Source of the DNA: a virus
Lineage: Duplodnaviria; Caudoviricetes
DNA length: 37,705 nt
Reading direction: 5' to 3' (one strand)
Virus record (IMG/VR): IMGVR_UViG_3300043775_000370
Span: 1-37,705 of that record
Below are positions 1 through 10,039 of this stretch, piece by piece. Numbering within the stretch: position 1 is the stretch's first letter; every line of letters begins with the position of its first letter. The translations under genes and the position numbers were made by a program. The notes under the pieces are model-generated. The model saw nothing but the letters and a program-made list of their open reading frames with translations. It was not told the DNA's origin and searched no databases.

Positions 1-250
1 TAGCATTACCTGGTGTATCGTACCACAAACGATTTACGGCCAACCCATAATAATTCAATGTTGTGTTTGCAGAACCACCATGTACGTTTGCTACAAGAAA
101 ACCATTCGTTGCTAAAGCACCAGACAGTGAGTTAGCTGTAATTCTTGATGTGTTTGATTCTTGGCCTGTACCATCAAATCTACCTGTCAATTTAATAACA
201 GCATGTTGTGTGTCGTCTTTTAGTACGTTAATTCCAAATACGTTTGCCAT
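1..250 (-). CDS. Hypothetical virion/head-region protein, 3' end truncated by the window edge (not in the ORF track)
   Basis: Read manually: ATG at 250-248 gives MANVFGINVLKDDTQHAVIKLTGRFDGTGQESNTSRITANSLSGAL..., open to position 1. AAGGA SD lies in the end of the upstream gene. Confidence 0.75.
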   Translation of the reverse strand, partial: MANVFGINVLKDDTQHAVIKLTGRFDGTGQESNTSRITANSLSGALATNGFLVANVHGGSANTTLNYYGLAVNRLWYDTPGNA

Positions 251-252
251 TT

Positions 253-963
253 TTATTCCTTAGAAAACTTTGCGATAGTTTGAAAATGTTTTGCTGAAGC
301 CTCAAGCATATCTAACATTTTTGCTTTATTCGCTTCGTTGATTTTTTTATATAAATCCATCATATGTTTTGCCATCTGTGGAGTAACTTCAGAAGTAGAA
401 CCATCGAGGTGTTCTACCACAATATTTTGTTTGCTTTCGTTAACTTGCTTGACTTTATCAAACACAGTTTCTTCACTGGCGGAAGACCACGCCATATCTT
501 CATATGGAACGGTAACATATTTATTAATTTTATCTACATAATAAAGAGCAACACGTTGTCCGTTTGGAAACTGACGAACAGATTTTCTACGCATAATCAA
601 CACTGCTGGTGGATCAAGTTCTCTGGATAGTGAAGTTTTACCTTCCATCATTGGATTCGAAGTTGCCACTAATGCACGGTTGTCTTTTAGTTTAGATAAA
701 ACCGGATCATATGGATTGATCTCTTGACCTGCCGCATGTAGTCTTTGAATATCATTAAACTTTTCCATAACTGGAGCAAGATATTCTGGATGATGTGCAT
801 GAAACATAATATGTGCCGCATAATCACCAAGATCAACAATACCACGTTTTTGAATGTCTAAATGATGGTGTAATTCTGCCGGCGAGAGTACACCGTCTCC
901 ATTATCATCAGGAGAACTTTCTTCTATAATTTCTTTATGAAGAAAATCTTTTAGACTTTTCAT
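253..963 (-). CDS. Putative internal head/prohead-associated protein with an EF-hand-like loop
   Basis: Lies downstream of the portal and a gp67-like gene, translationally coupled (TAATG). N-terminus MKSLKDFLHKEIIEE resembles T4 capsid-targeting sequences; contains the loop DDNGDGVLSPAE. Confidence 0.6.
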   Translation of the reverse strand: MKSLKDFLHKEIIEESSPDDNGDGVLSPAELHHHLDIQKRGIVDLGDYAAHIMFHAHHPEYLAPVMEKFNDIQRLHAAGQEINPYDPVLSKLKDNRALVATSNPMMEGKTSLSRELDPPAVLIMRRKSVRQFPNGQRVALYYVDKINKYVTVPYEDMAWSSASEETVFDKVKQVNESKQNIVVEHLDGSTSEVTPQMAKHMMDLYKKINEANKAKMLDMLEASAKHFQTIAKFSKE

Positions 964-1133
964 TATTCTTGTTCTTGCGAGTCGTATTGTTTTACTAAAT
1001 TTTGTGCTAATTGTTGTTTACGTTGCTCAATTGCATCAAAGATTTTATCGTTGATTTCATTGTACAAAGCATCACGCATTTTTACTGCATCGTCTTGAAA
1101 CGCATAATCTACTGCTGTTCTGATATTTTCCAT
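963..1133 (-). CDS. Small acidic helical protein, likely gp67-like prohead core protein (56 aa; not in the ORF track)
   Basis: Read manually: MENIRTAVDYAFQDDAVKMRDALYNEINDKIFDAIEQRKQQLAQNLVKQYDSQEQE*. GGAG SD at 1141-1144; sits directly after g20 as gene 67 does in T4. Confidence 0.7.
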   Translation of the reverse strand: MENIRTAVDYAFQDDAVKMRDALYNEINDKIFDAIEQRKQQLAQNLVKQYDSQEQE

Positions 1134-1156
1134 TTTATTTCTCCATTAAACAAAAT

Positions 1157-1164
1157 TATTTATA
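1157..1164 (-). promoter_or_regulatory. T4-type late promoter box TATAAATA
   Basis: Perfect TATAAATA on the minus strand, overlapping the portal stop codon, ~25 nt upstream of the gp67-like start. Confidence 0.75.
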
Positions 1165-2851
1165 ACACTCTTTGAAGCATACGCATCGAAGGAGTATATT
1201 CATTATTCAAACTAAGATCACCTTTAACTGGTGCGCTATCTGATGCAGGAACAGGTGCTCCACCAGCATCACCACCGGCAGGTGCACCAGCAGGTGCTCC
1301 ACCAGCACCATCAGGATTCATTAATTCTTGTTGACCCTGTTGTGCAATCTGCATTGGATCCATAATTAGACCGGCTTTCTTTTCAGCATCAATCTGTTGA
1401 CGCATTTCTTTCATATCATCATCAGTTAGACGTAAAACGTTACGTTGGATCCATTCCATAGAATAGTAACGACCAACATAAGGATCAACTGAACCCAATA
1501 AAGACAGACGTTCACGTACCAATTCTGCTTCTGAAAGTTCGGCAAAATTATTGTCTTTAATAAAATCAAAATAAATGTATTCTTTAAATTGATTGTATTC
1601 ATCATCGGTACAAATACCTTTTAGTACACACTGTACACGGAGTGCTTGTGAGAAGATTTCAGAAAATTTCTGACGTTGACGGTCAACAAATTTAGAGAAC
1701 TTAACTTCATCACGAGTAATCTCACCAACACGTCCTAAAGAGAATCCAGACTGGTTTGGATCAAGTCTAGACACAGGTACGTTGAGTGACTTATATAGTT
1801 TCTTTTCGAAATATTTAACGTCTTCTAGTTCACCAAGGTTTTGACCACCTGGTAGTGTAGTAATTTCTGTACCTTTACCACCTTCACGGCGAGGTAACCA
1901 GAAGTCTTCCATCATCGAAAGGTGTTTACGGTCATCACGTACTTCACCAGTCTGTGCATCATACACCAACTTGTTTTTGTACTTAACCATAATATCACGG
2001 AGATATTGTTCTGCTTTTAACTTTGGTAAATTACCAACGTCAATGTAAAAAATTCTACGTTCTGGCGCACGTGAAATACGGTAAATAACCGTAGCATCTT
2101 CAATCATACGTAGTTGATTAAGTGGCTTAATTGCTTTATGTAAGTATGATAACACCACCGCACGGCGTGAGTCCATTAATCCTGAATTGACATTAATGAT
2201 AGCATCTTTGGCAATACGAACACCAACTGGTCCGTAACTAGAAGAAGAACCTGATACTACTTTATCGTTATAGATGTAGTATTCATTAACTGTTTGAACA
2301 ATATCTACAGAAGTTCCGGTGTCTTTATCTTTTTTGATTTCACGTACCTTACGAATCTTACGTGGATCAATATATCTAAGTGCTTTAATACCTTGAGTTG
2401 GGTTTGTATCATCTAGGATAATGTGATAAAAAATTCTACCATCAATATAGAATCTACGGAAAGTATCCGTTGACATATTCTGGTAGTTTAATAAGTGAAG
2501 AACGTTCGTGAATTCTTCTTCAATAGCTTTTTTAATTTTTTCTGGTTGCTTCAAATCATCCATAACAATACGCACTGATTTGCCGTTATCATTCTGAACA
2601 ATTGCTTCATTTACAATATCATCAACAGCAGATTCAATCTCTGGTTGCATTGCCATTTCACGGTAACGAGAGATTAGTTCGACCTCATTTTTCGCTGTAC
2701 CGTCTAAGTCAACATAAGTACCGTAATAAGCGGCAGACGAAATCGTCAAAGCACCGTCTTCATTCGAAGGCGGAGCAAAGGTTTTCTGTGACTGCTGTTC
2801 TACATCAGTCTTCTGACGAGAAATCTGAAAGCCGAATAAACTTAGTGCCAT
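1160..2851 (-). CDS. gp20: Portal vertex protein (T4 gp20 family)
   Basis: Motifs YLHKAIKPLNQLRMIEDATVIYRISRAPERRIFYIDVGNLPK, EDFWLPRREGGKGTEITTLPGGQNLG and EITRDEVKF; synteny. Confidence 0.97.
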   Translation of the reverse strand: MALSLFGFQISRQKTDVEQQSQKTFAPPSNEDGALTISSAAYYGTYVDLDGTAKNEVELISRYREMAMQPEIESAVDDIVNEAIVQNDNGKSVRIVMDDLKQPEKIKKAIEEEFTNVLHLLNYQNMSTDTFRRFYIDGRIFYHIILDDTNPTQGIKALRYIDPRKIRKVREIKKDKDTGTSVDIVQTVNEYYIYNDKVVSGSSSSYGPVGVRIAKDAIINVNSGLMDSRRAVVLSYLHKAIKPLNQLRMIEDATVIYRISRAPERRIFYIDVGNLPKLKAEQYLRDIMVKYKNKLVYDAQTGEVRDDRKHLSMMEDFWLPRREGGKGTEITTLPGGQNLGELEDVKYFEKKLYKSLNVPVSRLDPNQSGFSLGRVGEITRDEVKFSKFVDRQRQKFSEIFSQALRVQCVLKGICTDDEYNQFKEYIYFDFIKDNNFAELSEAELVRERLSLLGSVDPYVGRYYSMEWIQRNVLRLTDDDMKEMRQQIDAEKKAGLIMDPMQIAQQGQQELMNPDGAGGAPAGAPAGGDAGGAPVPASDSAPVKGDLSLNNEYTPSMRMLQRVL

Positions 2852-2867
2852 ATTTTTAAATCCATTT

Positions 2868-2903
2868 CAAATAAACATAATAAGGGGGAAGTAATTCCCC
2901 CTC
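2868..2903 (-). terminator. Rho-independent terminator after gp19
   Basis: Perfect 8-bp stem AGGGGGAA/TTCCCCCT (2883-2902) with a 4-nt loop, followed on the minus strand by the U-rich TATTATGTTTATTT. Confidence 0.8.
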
Positions 2904-2910
2904 TACAAAA

Positions 2911-3453
2911 TTAGGAAGTAGTATCAGACTCCCACCATTGATATGCTAGAGTTGCAGTAAATTCTTCGATAGAATCATTTGCACCCCAATCCAAGTCAAT
3001 TGGTGACAAGTCAACAGGGAAAGCACCAACAAATTTATAAGATTTGATGATGGCACCTGCTTTATCATATTGGTCTACTTTAGCATCAACTGAATAACCT
3101 GATGGTGTTACGGCAGTGCCATTACGCACGTTAGTGCCATGGGAATTGATACCGTTCATCCAAGACTCAAAGGCTTTACGCACTTTGAAGTTTTCATCGT
3201 TGATGATTGTAATTGTCCAGTCAGCAAAGTTTCTATTTCCAGCGAACTTCAACTCACGACCGAAGTAATATAATGGTACAGTACCAACAGTTGAACCTGG
3301 TAATTGTGCAGTCTTACACAGGAATGTTAGTGCTTGTCCAGAATTTACTGAATCGTTAGCGTAAGTTGGAAAAGTCATTGTGACTTGGAACAGGTTGGGA
3401 CGAGCACCATCTCCAATGAGATTTGCACGAAACTCTGTTACGTTGAAAGCCAT
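2911..3453 (-). CDS. gp19: Tail tube protein (T4 gp19 family)
   Basis: Motifs GARPNLFQV, FLCKTAQLPG, GRELKFAGNRNFADWTITIIND and IEEFTATLAYQWW; synteny. Confidence 0.96.
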   Translation of the reverse strand: MAFNVTEFRANLIGDGARPNLFQVTMTFPTYANDSVNSGQALTFLCKTAQLPGSTVGTVPLYYFGRELKFAGNRNFADWTITIINDENFKVRKAFESWMNGINSHGTNVRNGTAVTPSGYSVDAKVDQYDKAGAIIKSYKFVGAFPVDLSPIDLDWGANDSIEEFTATLAYQWWESDTTS

Positions 3454-3473
3454 TTGTTTCTCCTATTTCTTAT

Positions 3474-3481
3474 TATTTATT
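3474..3481 (-). promoter_or_regulatory. Late-promoter-like box AATAAATA upstream of gp19
   Basis: ATAAATA core (7/8 match to TATAAATA) ~20 nt upstream of the gp19 start. Confidence 0.55.
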
Positions 3482-5192
3482 AAGCGCCACCAACGATTTC
3501 GCTGAATTGTACACCAGAGCGAACTGCGATGAAATTCAACTGAATGTAGTTGATTGAACGTGCTGGCTTAATATAAATGTCACCAACAAATCTGTTGCCA
3601 TCAATAACTGCTTGTGTATTATTTGTTGTGTCACAAACAACACGGTAGTCATAGATGCCACGGCGACCTTTAATATCACGCAAGAAAGGTTCTACTAGAG
3701 CAACAAATTGAGCACGTGTAAATTCATCGTTTAGTTCAAACAATGAGAATTTCGATGCATTAGAAATTGCTTTTTCGAGAACAATAAACAGACGGCGGAC
3801 ATTGATTCTGCTGAATGCTGATGGTTGTGTTGTAAGTGTTTTGTCACCGAACAACAGCGTACCTTGTCCAGGTAATGAAATTACCGGATTAACAGCGGCA
3901 GAATAGATTGTGTCACGCTGTGCTTGGTTTGGATTCCATGCCAATTTAACAACGTTCTTAACTGCGCCACGTGAATAACCAGCTGGTGAGAACCATGGGT
4001 CTGTGTTGTCATCTGTGCGAACACATAGACCAGCCATGTCACCGTTCAATGGAATCCAACGATACATGTTATTGTATTTGTCGTATTGGTATTTCCAACC
4101 AGAATCTGCGAAAGCGTAATTCGTGCTAGTTAATGAAGCGGCCCAAGCGGCAACCGCAGTAGTAGCGGCAGAAGCAGTTTGACCAACAACTTGACCTTGT
4201 AGTGGAGATATGAAAGCTACACAATCCATACGTGTCTTAGCAATGTTAGTTGCATAGTTTTGTGTTGTTGTATCCATACCATCACCAGTAACAATCAGTG
4301 AAATATCTACTTCATCTTTGTTAGAGAATAAATCGAGTCCAACTAGAACGTCAGCAGACACAGGTGCAGAAGATGCTCCACGTGTCATGCTTGAAGAAGT
4401 GTTACCGAATGCTGGAGTATAAACTGTATTGCCAGAAGCAATTACGTCTGTATTAGCAGAGAAAGCGGCAGTATTATTCAACGCATAGATGTATCTTGAA
4501 TTGTTACGAATAACAGTCTTCCAGTATGCTGGAGTACCATCATCATACACTGCATCTGGTGCTTGTGAAACATAAGCAAATGCTTCTAGAACGGTATCTT
4601 TTGTTCCAGTAAACAAACCGTCTTCATCGATAACTGCAATGTGAATTTGGTCATTTGCGCCACCATAAGAAGAAACATATGGTGTTGTGCTTGGAGCACC
4701 AGCGAAACTGGACTTGTATGTCCAAGTTGCAAAACCATTTGTTGCATTAGCTGTACACACTGAAACCTTCAATGAGTTTCCTAATGCACCTGCGTAACGA
4801 GCACCGAAAGTTCCGTGATATGAGTTTGCAGTAATCCCATTATCATAAGAATCTTCATTGTCTATGAGAATTGCTGTGTTACCTGTTGTTGAATTGATAG
4901 TCGATGAACCTACGGCACGAACAACTTGAAGGTTGTTACCATATGCTAAAAAGTTAGCGGCTGAAAAGAAAGATACACCTGTGTTCGCTACACCCGAAGC
5001 TGCCGATGTGTTGGCAGAAGGTTGTCCGAATACTGATACTAATTCACTTTCTGTTGTTACGAGGGTTCTTTTGTCTGCTGGTCCCCATTGGAAGTCACCA
5101 ACAAATGCACCGGCCGTAGTAGATACCGAAGGAACGACTGTGGTTAAGTCTACCTCTGATACATTTACGCCTGGAGAAATTTGAAATGCCAT
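3480..5192 (-). CDS. gp18: Tail sheath protein (T4 gp18 family)
   Basis: Motifs SPGVNVSEVDLT, DSGWKYQYDKYN, PWFSPAG, LFGDKT, FSRINVRRLF and IYIKPARSINYIQLNF. Confidence 0.97.
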   Translation of the reverse strand: MAFQISPGVNVSEVDLTTVVPSVSTTAGAFVGDFQWGPADKRTLVTTESELVSVFGQPSANTSAASGVANTGVSFFSAANFLAYGNNLQVVRAVGSSTINSTTGNTAILIDNEDSYDNGITANSYHGTFGARYAGALGNSLKVSVCTANATNGFATWTYKSSFAGAPSTTPYVSSYGGANDQIHIAVIDEDGLFTGTKDTVLEAFAYVSQAPDAVYDDGTPAYWKTVIRNNSRYIYALNNTAAFSANTDVIASGNTVYTPAFGNTSSSMTRGASSAPVSADVLVGLDLFSNKDEVDISLIVTGDGMDTTTQNYATNIAKTRMDCVAFISPLQGQVVGQTASAATTAVAAWAASLTSTNYAFADSGWKYQYDKYNNMYRWIPLNGDMAGLCVRTDDNTDPWFSPAGYSRGAVKNVVKLAWNPNQAQRDTIYSAAVNPVISLPGQGTLLFGDKTLTTQPSAFSRINVRRLFIVLEKAISNASKFSLFELNDEFTRAQFVALVEPFLRDIKGRRGIYDYRVVCDTTNNTQAVIDGNRFVGDIYIKPARSINYIQLNFIAVRSGVQFSEIVGGA

Positions 5193-5240
5193 TTTGATCT
5201 CCTTGTTATTATACTGTTATTTTGGCAATAACCTATAATG

Positions 5241-5248
5241 TATTTATT
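5241..5248 (-). promoter_or_regulatory. Late-promoter-like box AATAAATA upstream of gp18
   Basis: ATAAATA core in the gp17-gp18 intergenic region. Confidence 0.6.
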
Positions 5249-5265
5249 AAATGAAGGTTTTGTAG

Positions 5266-6933
5266 TTATGCTCTAAAAAACGAAGACAAATTTTCCGAGT
5301 CTTCCTTATCCAGCCAAACATCACCACCCTCCACGATATATTTACTGTTGTTTCCATCATCAAAGATGCCAAAAGACGGCAATTCCTCATCAGATTGATT
5401 TAACATCTCTAACTGCATCTGTTTTCTAAGATCATGGTTAACAATCTCTTTAAAATACTGTTGAGTTGTCATCCATGCAAAGATGACCAGTGTCATAACA
5501 ATGTCATCATTCGATCCTTCTTCTGCTTTAAAACTATTCATACTTGAAACGAACGTTGTAAGCTGGGAGATGGTATCAAAATCGTTAATAATTAATTTGT
5601 CGTTTTCAATTAAAGTCTTTAGATTTGAACATCCAATTCGTTTAACTTGGGGTGACATTTTAATACCCATTTGAATACCTCTGCCAAAGCCGGTACCCAT
5701 TGCTTGCGCTTTCTTATTGCCAGTTTCAATCTTTACTACGTTTTCATATTCCAAGTCTTGGTGTAAAGTGTCGGCAATTTGTGGTGTATTATTTATCTCA
5801 ACCAAAACATACGCATCGTTGAATAGTCTGGCTGTATTGTAAATTACTGTTGGAAATAAGACAGGTGAGATTGATGAAGAATTGTACTTTGCAACCTGTC
5901 TATATGGTACCGATGAAACATCAAACACAGAAAACGATGATGCATCCATGTTTCTACCTTCAGCAGGATCAACTGTCATTGCATAGATATGGTCTGCTGA
6001 ACGTTCTTCATCACCTTTAATCGGATACTCATAAATGTCTAGTAACTCATGTTTGGCAATTGGTTCTTTGTATACCAATTGAGCAAGTTTAGATCCAGAG
6101 ATAAGTGTGTTCGTAGAACCCAAGAATTCACATTCAAACTCTTGTCTAAACTGTTCTTCAGAAGTGTTCTTAATAGTTTCTTCTTTCCACTTTTCACTAC
6201 GACCAGGGACCATAGACCAGTGAATCTGAAATGTTTTATAACCGTTCTTCTTACCGATAGCATCCATCCATAGTTTGTAAAATAGATTCATACCGTTAGG
6301 TGTGGAGACAATAATAATCTTGGTTGTTTGACCAGATGAGATAACAGGGTAAACAGAATTAAAGAACTCATTAGCTATGTTGGCTGGAACGAACGCAAAC
6401 TCATCCAAGAATACAATGTTAAATGCACCTCCACGAACAGCAGAACTTGAAGTTGAAGCGGCAATAATTTTTGATCCGTTTTCCAGTTCTACGTTACCTT
6501 TGTTCCATGTGATAACGCCTTGCTGAAGCCATATGGGTAAGTTTTCATATGCAAGTTGATACTTGGATAAAATGTCACGTGCTAATGAACCTTTGTTAGC
6601 AAGAACGGCAATGTTTTGGGAATCTTGAAAGAGTGTTACCCAAAGAAGATATGCAACTGATGTTGTTGTTTTACCAACCTGACGGGGACATTTTGTGATT
6701 GAGAATCTGCTTTCGTGATATGTGCGGATCATTTCTTTTTGAAAATCCCACATCTCAAATGGCATTAAACCACGATCAACGTTGACGATCTTAATGTACT
6801 TTTCAGCAAAATATACCGGATCTTTAGAGCATCTTATATACTCATCGACTTCTTCTTGTGTATATGCATGTTCAACACCAGCTTTCTTAAGAAGAGGATT
6901 ATCACGATACGAATCTTTATTATTAATTGCCAT
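5266..6933 (-). CDS. gp17: Terminase large subunit (T4 gp17 family)
   Basis: Walker A-like PRQVGKTT, Walker B IVFLDEFAF, coupling motif IVSTPNG, FRQEFEC and nuclease motif NDDIVM. Confidence 0.97.
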   Translation of the reverse strand: MAINNKDSYRDNPLLKKAGVEHAYTQEEVDEYIRCSKDPVYFAEKYIKIVNVDRGLMPFEMWDFQKEMIRTYHESRFSITKCPRQVGKTTTSVAYLLWVTLFQDSQNIAVLANKGSLARDILSKYQLAYENLPIWLQQGVITWNKGNVELENGSKIIAASTSSSAVRGGAFNIVFLDEFAFVPANIANEFFNSVYPVISSGQTTKIIIVSTPNGMNLFYKLWMDAIGKKNGYKTFQIHWSMVPGRSEKWKEETIKNTSEEQFRQEFECEFLGSTNTLISGSKLAQLVYKEPIAKHELLDIYEYPIKGDEERSADHIYAMTVDPAEGRNMDASSFSVFDVSSVPYRQVAKYNSSSISPVLFPTVIYNTARLFNDAYVLVEINNTPQIADTLHQDLEYENVVKIETGNKKAQAMGTGFGRGIQMGIKMSPQVKRIGCSNLKTLIENDKLIINDFDTISQLTTFVSSMNSFKAEEGSNDDIVMTLVIFAWMTTQQYFKEIVNHDLRKQMQLEMLNQSDEELPSFGIFDDGNNSKYIVEGGDVWLDKEDSENLSSFFRA

Positions 6934-7354
6934 TCTGTGCTTTAATTAATTTAGATAGTTCGGATGTTGAACCAATAAAGATCGCTTTGTCAACAGTAAC
7001 ATCACTCTTTTGTTTGATGTTCTTCATGTCCCGCACTGCCTTCTGCATCGTCATAAGTTTTTCGTTTGCGTCTGCTGTATTCTTAATGAGTGTAGCAACA
7101 ACTTCAAACGCACGTGGATGTTCAGACTCAGAAGCAATAGCAAGAAGATGGTCGATTGCCTGATTGCCTTTGTTTACCAAATCTTTAATTGTCTTCCGAG
7201 ATTCTTCGTAGTCTTGGTCAAGGTCTTGTTCAAGCCTAGCTGGTGTGCCGAACTTGGTTGGTTCTTGAACAGAAGGTAGAATCTCTTGTACTGATTGTTC
7301 AACTTTTACTTCTACATCAAAAATTTCAGACATACTTTTTTCAAATTTGGACAT
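6923..7354 (-). CDS. gp16: Terminase small subunit (T4 gp16 family)
   Basis: Motifs DYEESR, SEHPRAFEV and IFIGSTSEL; overlaps the gp17 start. Confidence 0.93.
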   Translation of the reverse strand: MSKFEKSMSEIFDVEVKVEQSVQEILPSVQEPTKFGTPARLEQDLDQDYEESRKTIKDLVNKGNQAIDHLLAIASESEHPRAFEVVATLIKNTADANEKLMTMQKAVRDMKNIKQKSDVTVDKAIFIGSTSELSKLIKAQNGN

Positions 7355-7356
7355 AA

Positions 7357-8358
7357 TTAAGTTATATTAGGAAATTCTTGAGTTGTAATAGTGTATGTAT
7401 AATTATTTGGCATCACAACATTTGATGGGTTTGGTGCAACAGTAATCTTAACTGAAGAATTTGATGTTAGATTAAAACTATTTGCTATCCATGTTGCGTT
7501 TGTAGTCACACCAATCACTTTTTTATCGCTAGTTAAATGCCCAAACACATCAGTAAGTTCTAATAATTTTGAGGTTGCGTTCCAAGATACAACTTTAGCC
7601 GTGGCTGTTGCTGTATCATAAGAGTAACCTTGATAAACATCTTCACCAAATTGGTACTTACCTAAACCACCTGCCGCCATGGTGCCTACAACATTGCTCT
7701 CATGTAATGAAGGTTCATTAATAATGTTTGTAATCGAACTTCTAATAATTTTTGGTTGTGAAACTGGTCCATACAAATAACCTTTTACAGTAAAGTTGAG
7801 TGTCCAGATGATAGAACGAATGTTTGTATTGTAGTCACCTTCATAATCAATCTCATTCGAAACATCACGGAGGACGATTGGTAGTTGTTTAATCATACCA
7901 AGTTCAGGTATTAAATTGACCGCAATAGTATAATCTGGTGTGAAATATGGAAGAATCTTCTCCATAAGTTGAGCACCATCTTCGATGTTGCGTACATATG
8001 CATAGAGAGTAAAATCGAAATCAAATGGAACAGGATTGTATGTTGATAGTGAAGTTGTTCCGGATGGAATATTGATTTTAAAATTAGTATTTAATTTTCT
8101 GGCTGCATCATACTTCATGTTTTCCATTACAAAAGACATGATAGGTAAAGTTATCTGTGTTTTCTTGTCTAGGTTTGGATCACCTTCTAGGCGAGATACA
8201 TACTTTTCTTTTCCGCCATACACAATTGGAACAAGAAAATGTTCCTTTTCATAGCCGTTTGAATCATAACGTACTAAATTAATTTCATTAAATATGTTGC
8301 CGAACGCAACAACCATTTTTCTGATTGTACGATGGTATGAATAATTTGTTGCCGTCAT
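7357..8358 (-). CDS. gp15: Tail sheath stabiliser/completion protein (T4 gp15 family)
   Basis: Motifs YHRTIRKMVVAFGNIFN, ITLPIMSF, EKILPYFTP and IIWTLNFTVKGYLYGP; C-terminal beta-rich extension. Confidence 0.92.
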   Translation of the reverse strand: MTATNYSYHRTIRKMVVAFGNIFNEINLVRYDSNGYEKEHFLVPIVYGGKEKYVSRLEGDPNLDKKTQITLPIMSFVMENMKYDAARKLNTNFKINIPSGTTSLSTYNPVPFDFDFTLYAYVRNIEDGAQLMEKILPYFTPDYTIAVNLIPELGMIKQLPIVLRDVSNEIDYEGDYNTNIRSIIWTLNFTVKGYLYGPVSQPKIIRSSITNIINEPSLHESNVVGTMAAGGLGKYQFGEDVYQGYSYDTATATAKVVSWNATSKLLELTDVFGHLTSDKKVIGVTTNATWIANSFNLTSNSSVKITVAPNPSNVVMPNNYTYTITTQEFPNIT

Positions 8359-9230
8359 GTTATGCTACCGAAAGGATTTGATTCTGATAAATCAACAATT
8401 TCATTTGCTTCTGTTTGTATAACTTTATTATCATACATTTCACGTTCTTGTGGATCAATCAACTCATCTGGTGTTTGTGAAGTTGTATATGATGCATTAC
8501 TTGTGTTACCACGAACAAGAGTATTGTTAGCAAATTCACCATAGTTATCTGTAACCTTCAAGATACCAGTTGGTTTATCCCAAGAAGCAACAGTTCCGTA
8601 TGCCGTGTTGGCTGTGTTGTGTACAGATTCACCTTGTATAAAGTTACCATTACCAGTAGCAGTATTCATTGTAAGTGTGATGTTGTATGCATTATCGTAA
8701 ACAATATCATCAATATTTGGAATACCAACATCAATTGTTTCTTGTGAGTATTTGAATTTCTCAAGTTCAAGTTTGTAGAAGTATGGATATTTGTTACCCA
8801 TAACATAGAATGCTTCTGTATAATTTACATACTTGATTTCATACATCTCACCTGTTTGAGATAAGAATGGAATGTAAATTAGATCACCTTCACGTGGTCT
8901 AATATATGTGTCTTGTGGAACCCAACGTGAGAAAGAACGTTTAGAAACAATCACAGACATGTTGTTGCGAATTTCTAAACCAAACTTGGAGAAGAATTCT
9001 CTTTCACCTTCATATCCATCCACGTTAGTGATGTAGAGTTCGAGTGGATATGCGGCAGTAAACTTCTTGAGCGGATCTTCACCATAGATTAAATCTCTGG
9101 CAGCCTCATTGATGTTTGGCACGTAATAACAATCGACACCATTAATCTTAATGGTTTCAATCATCAAGTCTTCTATGAGCCTTTGCTCCGGACTACTTCC
9201 GAAATTATTAAAATATAAATTGGTCGCCAT
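8355..9230 (-). CDS. gp14: Neck protein (T4 gp14 family)
   Basis: Motifs EQRLIEDLMIETIKING, FSKFGLEIR, RPREGDLIY and C-terminal SESNPFG. Confidence 0.93.
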   Translation of the reverse strand: MATNLYFNNFGSSPEQRLIEDLMIETIKINGVDCYYVPNINEAARDLIYGEDPLKKFTAAYPLELYITNVDGYEGEREFFSKFGLEIRNNMSVIVSKRSFSRWVPQDTYIRPREGDLIYIPFLSQTGEMYEIKYVNYTEAFYVMGNKYPYFYKLELEKFKYSQETIDVGIPNIDDIVYDNAYNITLTMNTATGNGNFIQGESVHNTANTAYGTVASWDKPTGILKVTDNYGEFANNTLVRGNTSNASYTTSQTPDELIDPQEREMYDNKVIQTEANEIVDLSESNPFGSIT

Positions 9231-9231
9231 G

Positions 9232-10008
9232 TTAGTTCAAATAGAAATCTACCGGTAACTCATATTTAGATTGCATTTCTTCTTCTAATGCTTTTATTTC
9301 CTCTACGGCATCATTGTAGATTTGTTGACCATTCAACATAACACCACCTGGAAGTTGTACCCCCTGAAATTTACTTAAATTGGAACCCCAATTTCTCTTA
9401 ATAAGTGCAGTAGCATATTCTTTGAGCCAACGGTCATTCCAGACTGATGCATACTGAGCAGAGTCAATCATTGCATATGATTCGGCAATCACCACATCAC
9501 CCGCTTTCACGGCTGAACCCCATCCCCAGTCACAAAACAGTTTGTTCATGTGTCGTTGATAACGAATTGGTACTTCACCTGTAAACAATAACTCAAGTGA
9601 ACGGAGATGTTGCATCGTAAGTGTATAGTTCACATAAGATGCCGATGTAAAGTCATACAGTTCATTCAGACGTAGCTGATAACGGAGGTCAAACATATTG
9701 TTTGTGTTAATCGAGTCTGAAATTGGAAAGACACGTGTTACACCAACAATGTTTACCGCATTATTACCGGTATCAAGTGTCACTGACGGTGACATATTGA
9801 TGTACTTGTTCGTTATGTCGGTAGCATCCAGTTGTTTGATGTAATACACTTTCTGTAGTGCATCAAAATGATAGTCTTGCCAATACTGAAACGCATCATC
9901 GATTCGGTCTTCTATCTGGTCATCATCGAGATTGATTTCGATGGTTGGAAAACCAAGTCTGCGTAGGCAGTATTCTTTAAATGTTTGTCTGTTGGTAACC
10001 GAAGGCAT
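9232..10008 (-). CDS. gp13: Neck protein (T4 gp13 family)
   Basis: Motifs KEYCLRRLGFP, QIEDRIDDA and WLKEYATALIKRNWGSNLSKFQGVQLPGG. Confidence 0.94.
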   Translation of the reverse strand: MPSVTNRQTFKEYCLRRLGFPTIEINLDDDQIEDRIDDAFQYWQDYHFDALQKVYYIKQLDATDITNKYINMSPSVTLDTGNNAVNIVGVTRVFPISDSINTNNMFDLRYQLRLNELYDFTSASYVNYTLTMQHLRSLELLFTGEVPIRYQRHMNKLFCDWGWGSAVKAGDVVIAESYAMIDSAQYASVWNDRWLKEYATALIKRNWGSNLSKFQGVQLPGGVMLNGQQIYNDAVEEIKALEEEMQSKYELPVDFYLN

Positions 10009-10031
10009 TAAAATTTCTCCTTATTGTAAGG

Positions 10032-10039
10032 TATTTATG
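10032..10039 (-). promoter_or_regulatory. Late-promoter-like box CATAAATA upstream of gp13
   Basis: ATAAATA core overlapping the hldD stop codon, followed by the AAGGAG SD of gp13. Confidence 0.55.

Noticed and set aside
1240-1312. Gly/Ala/Pro repeat (GAPAG) in the portal C-terminal tail
   Set aside because: Low-complexity disordered tails are common on T4-like portal proteins.
5216-5232. Inverted repeat GTTATT-N5-AATAAC in the gp18 leader
   Set aside because: Only 6 AT-rich base pairs; too weak to call a terminator or regulatory hairpin.
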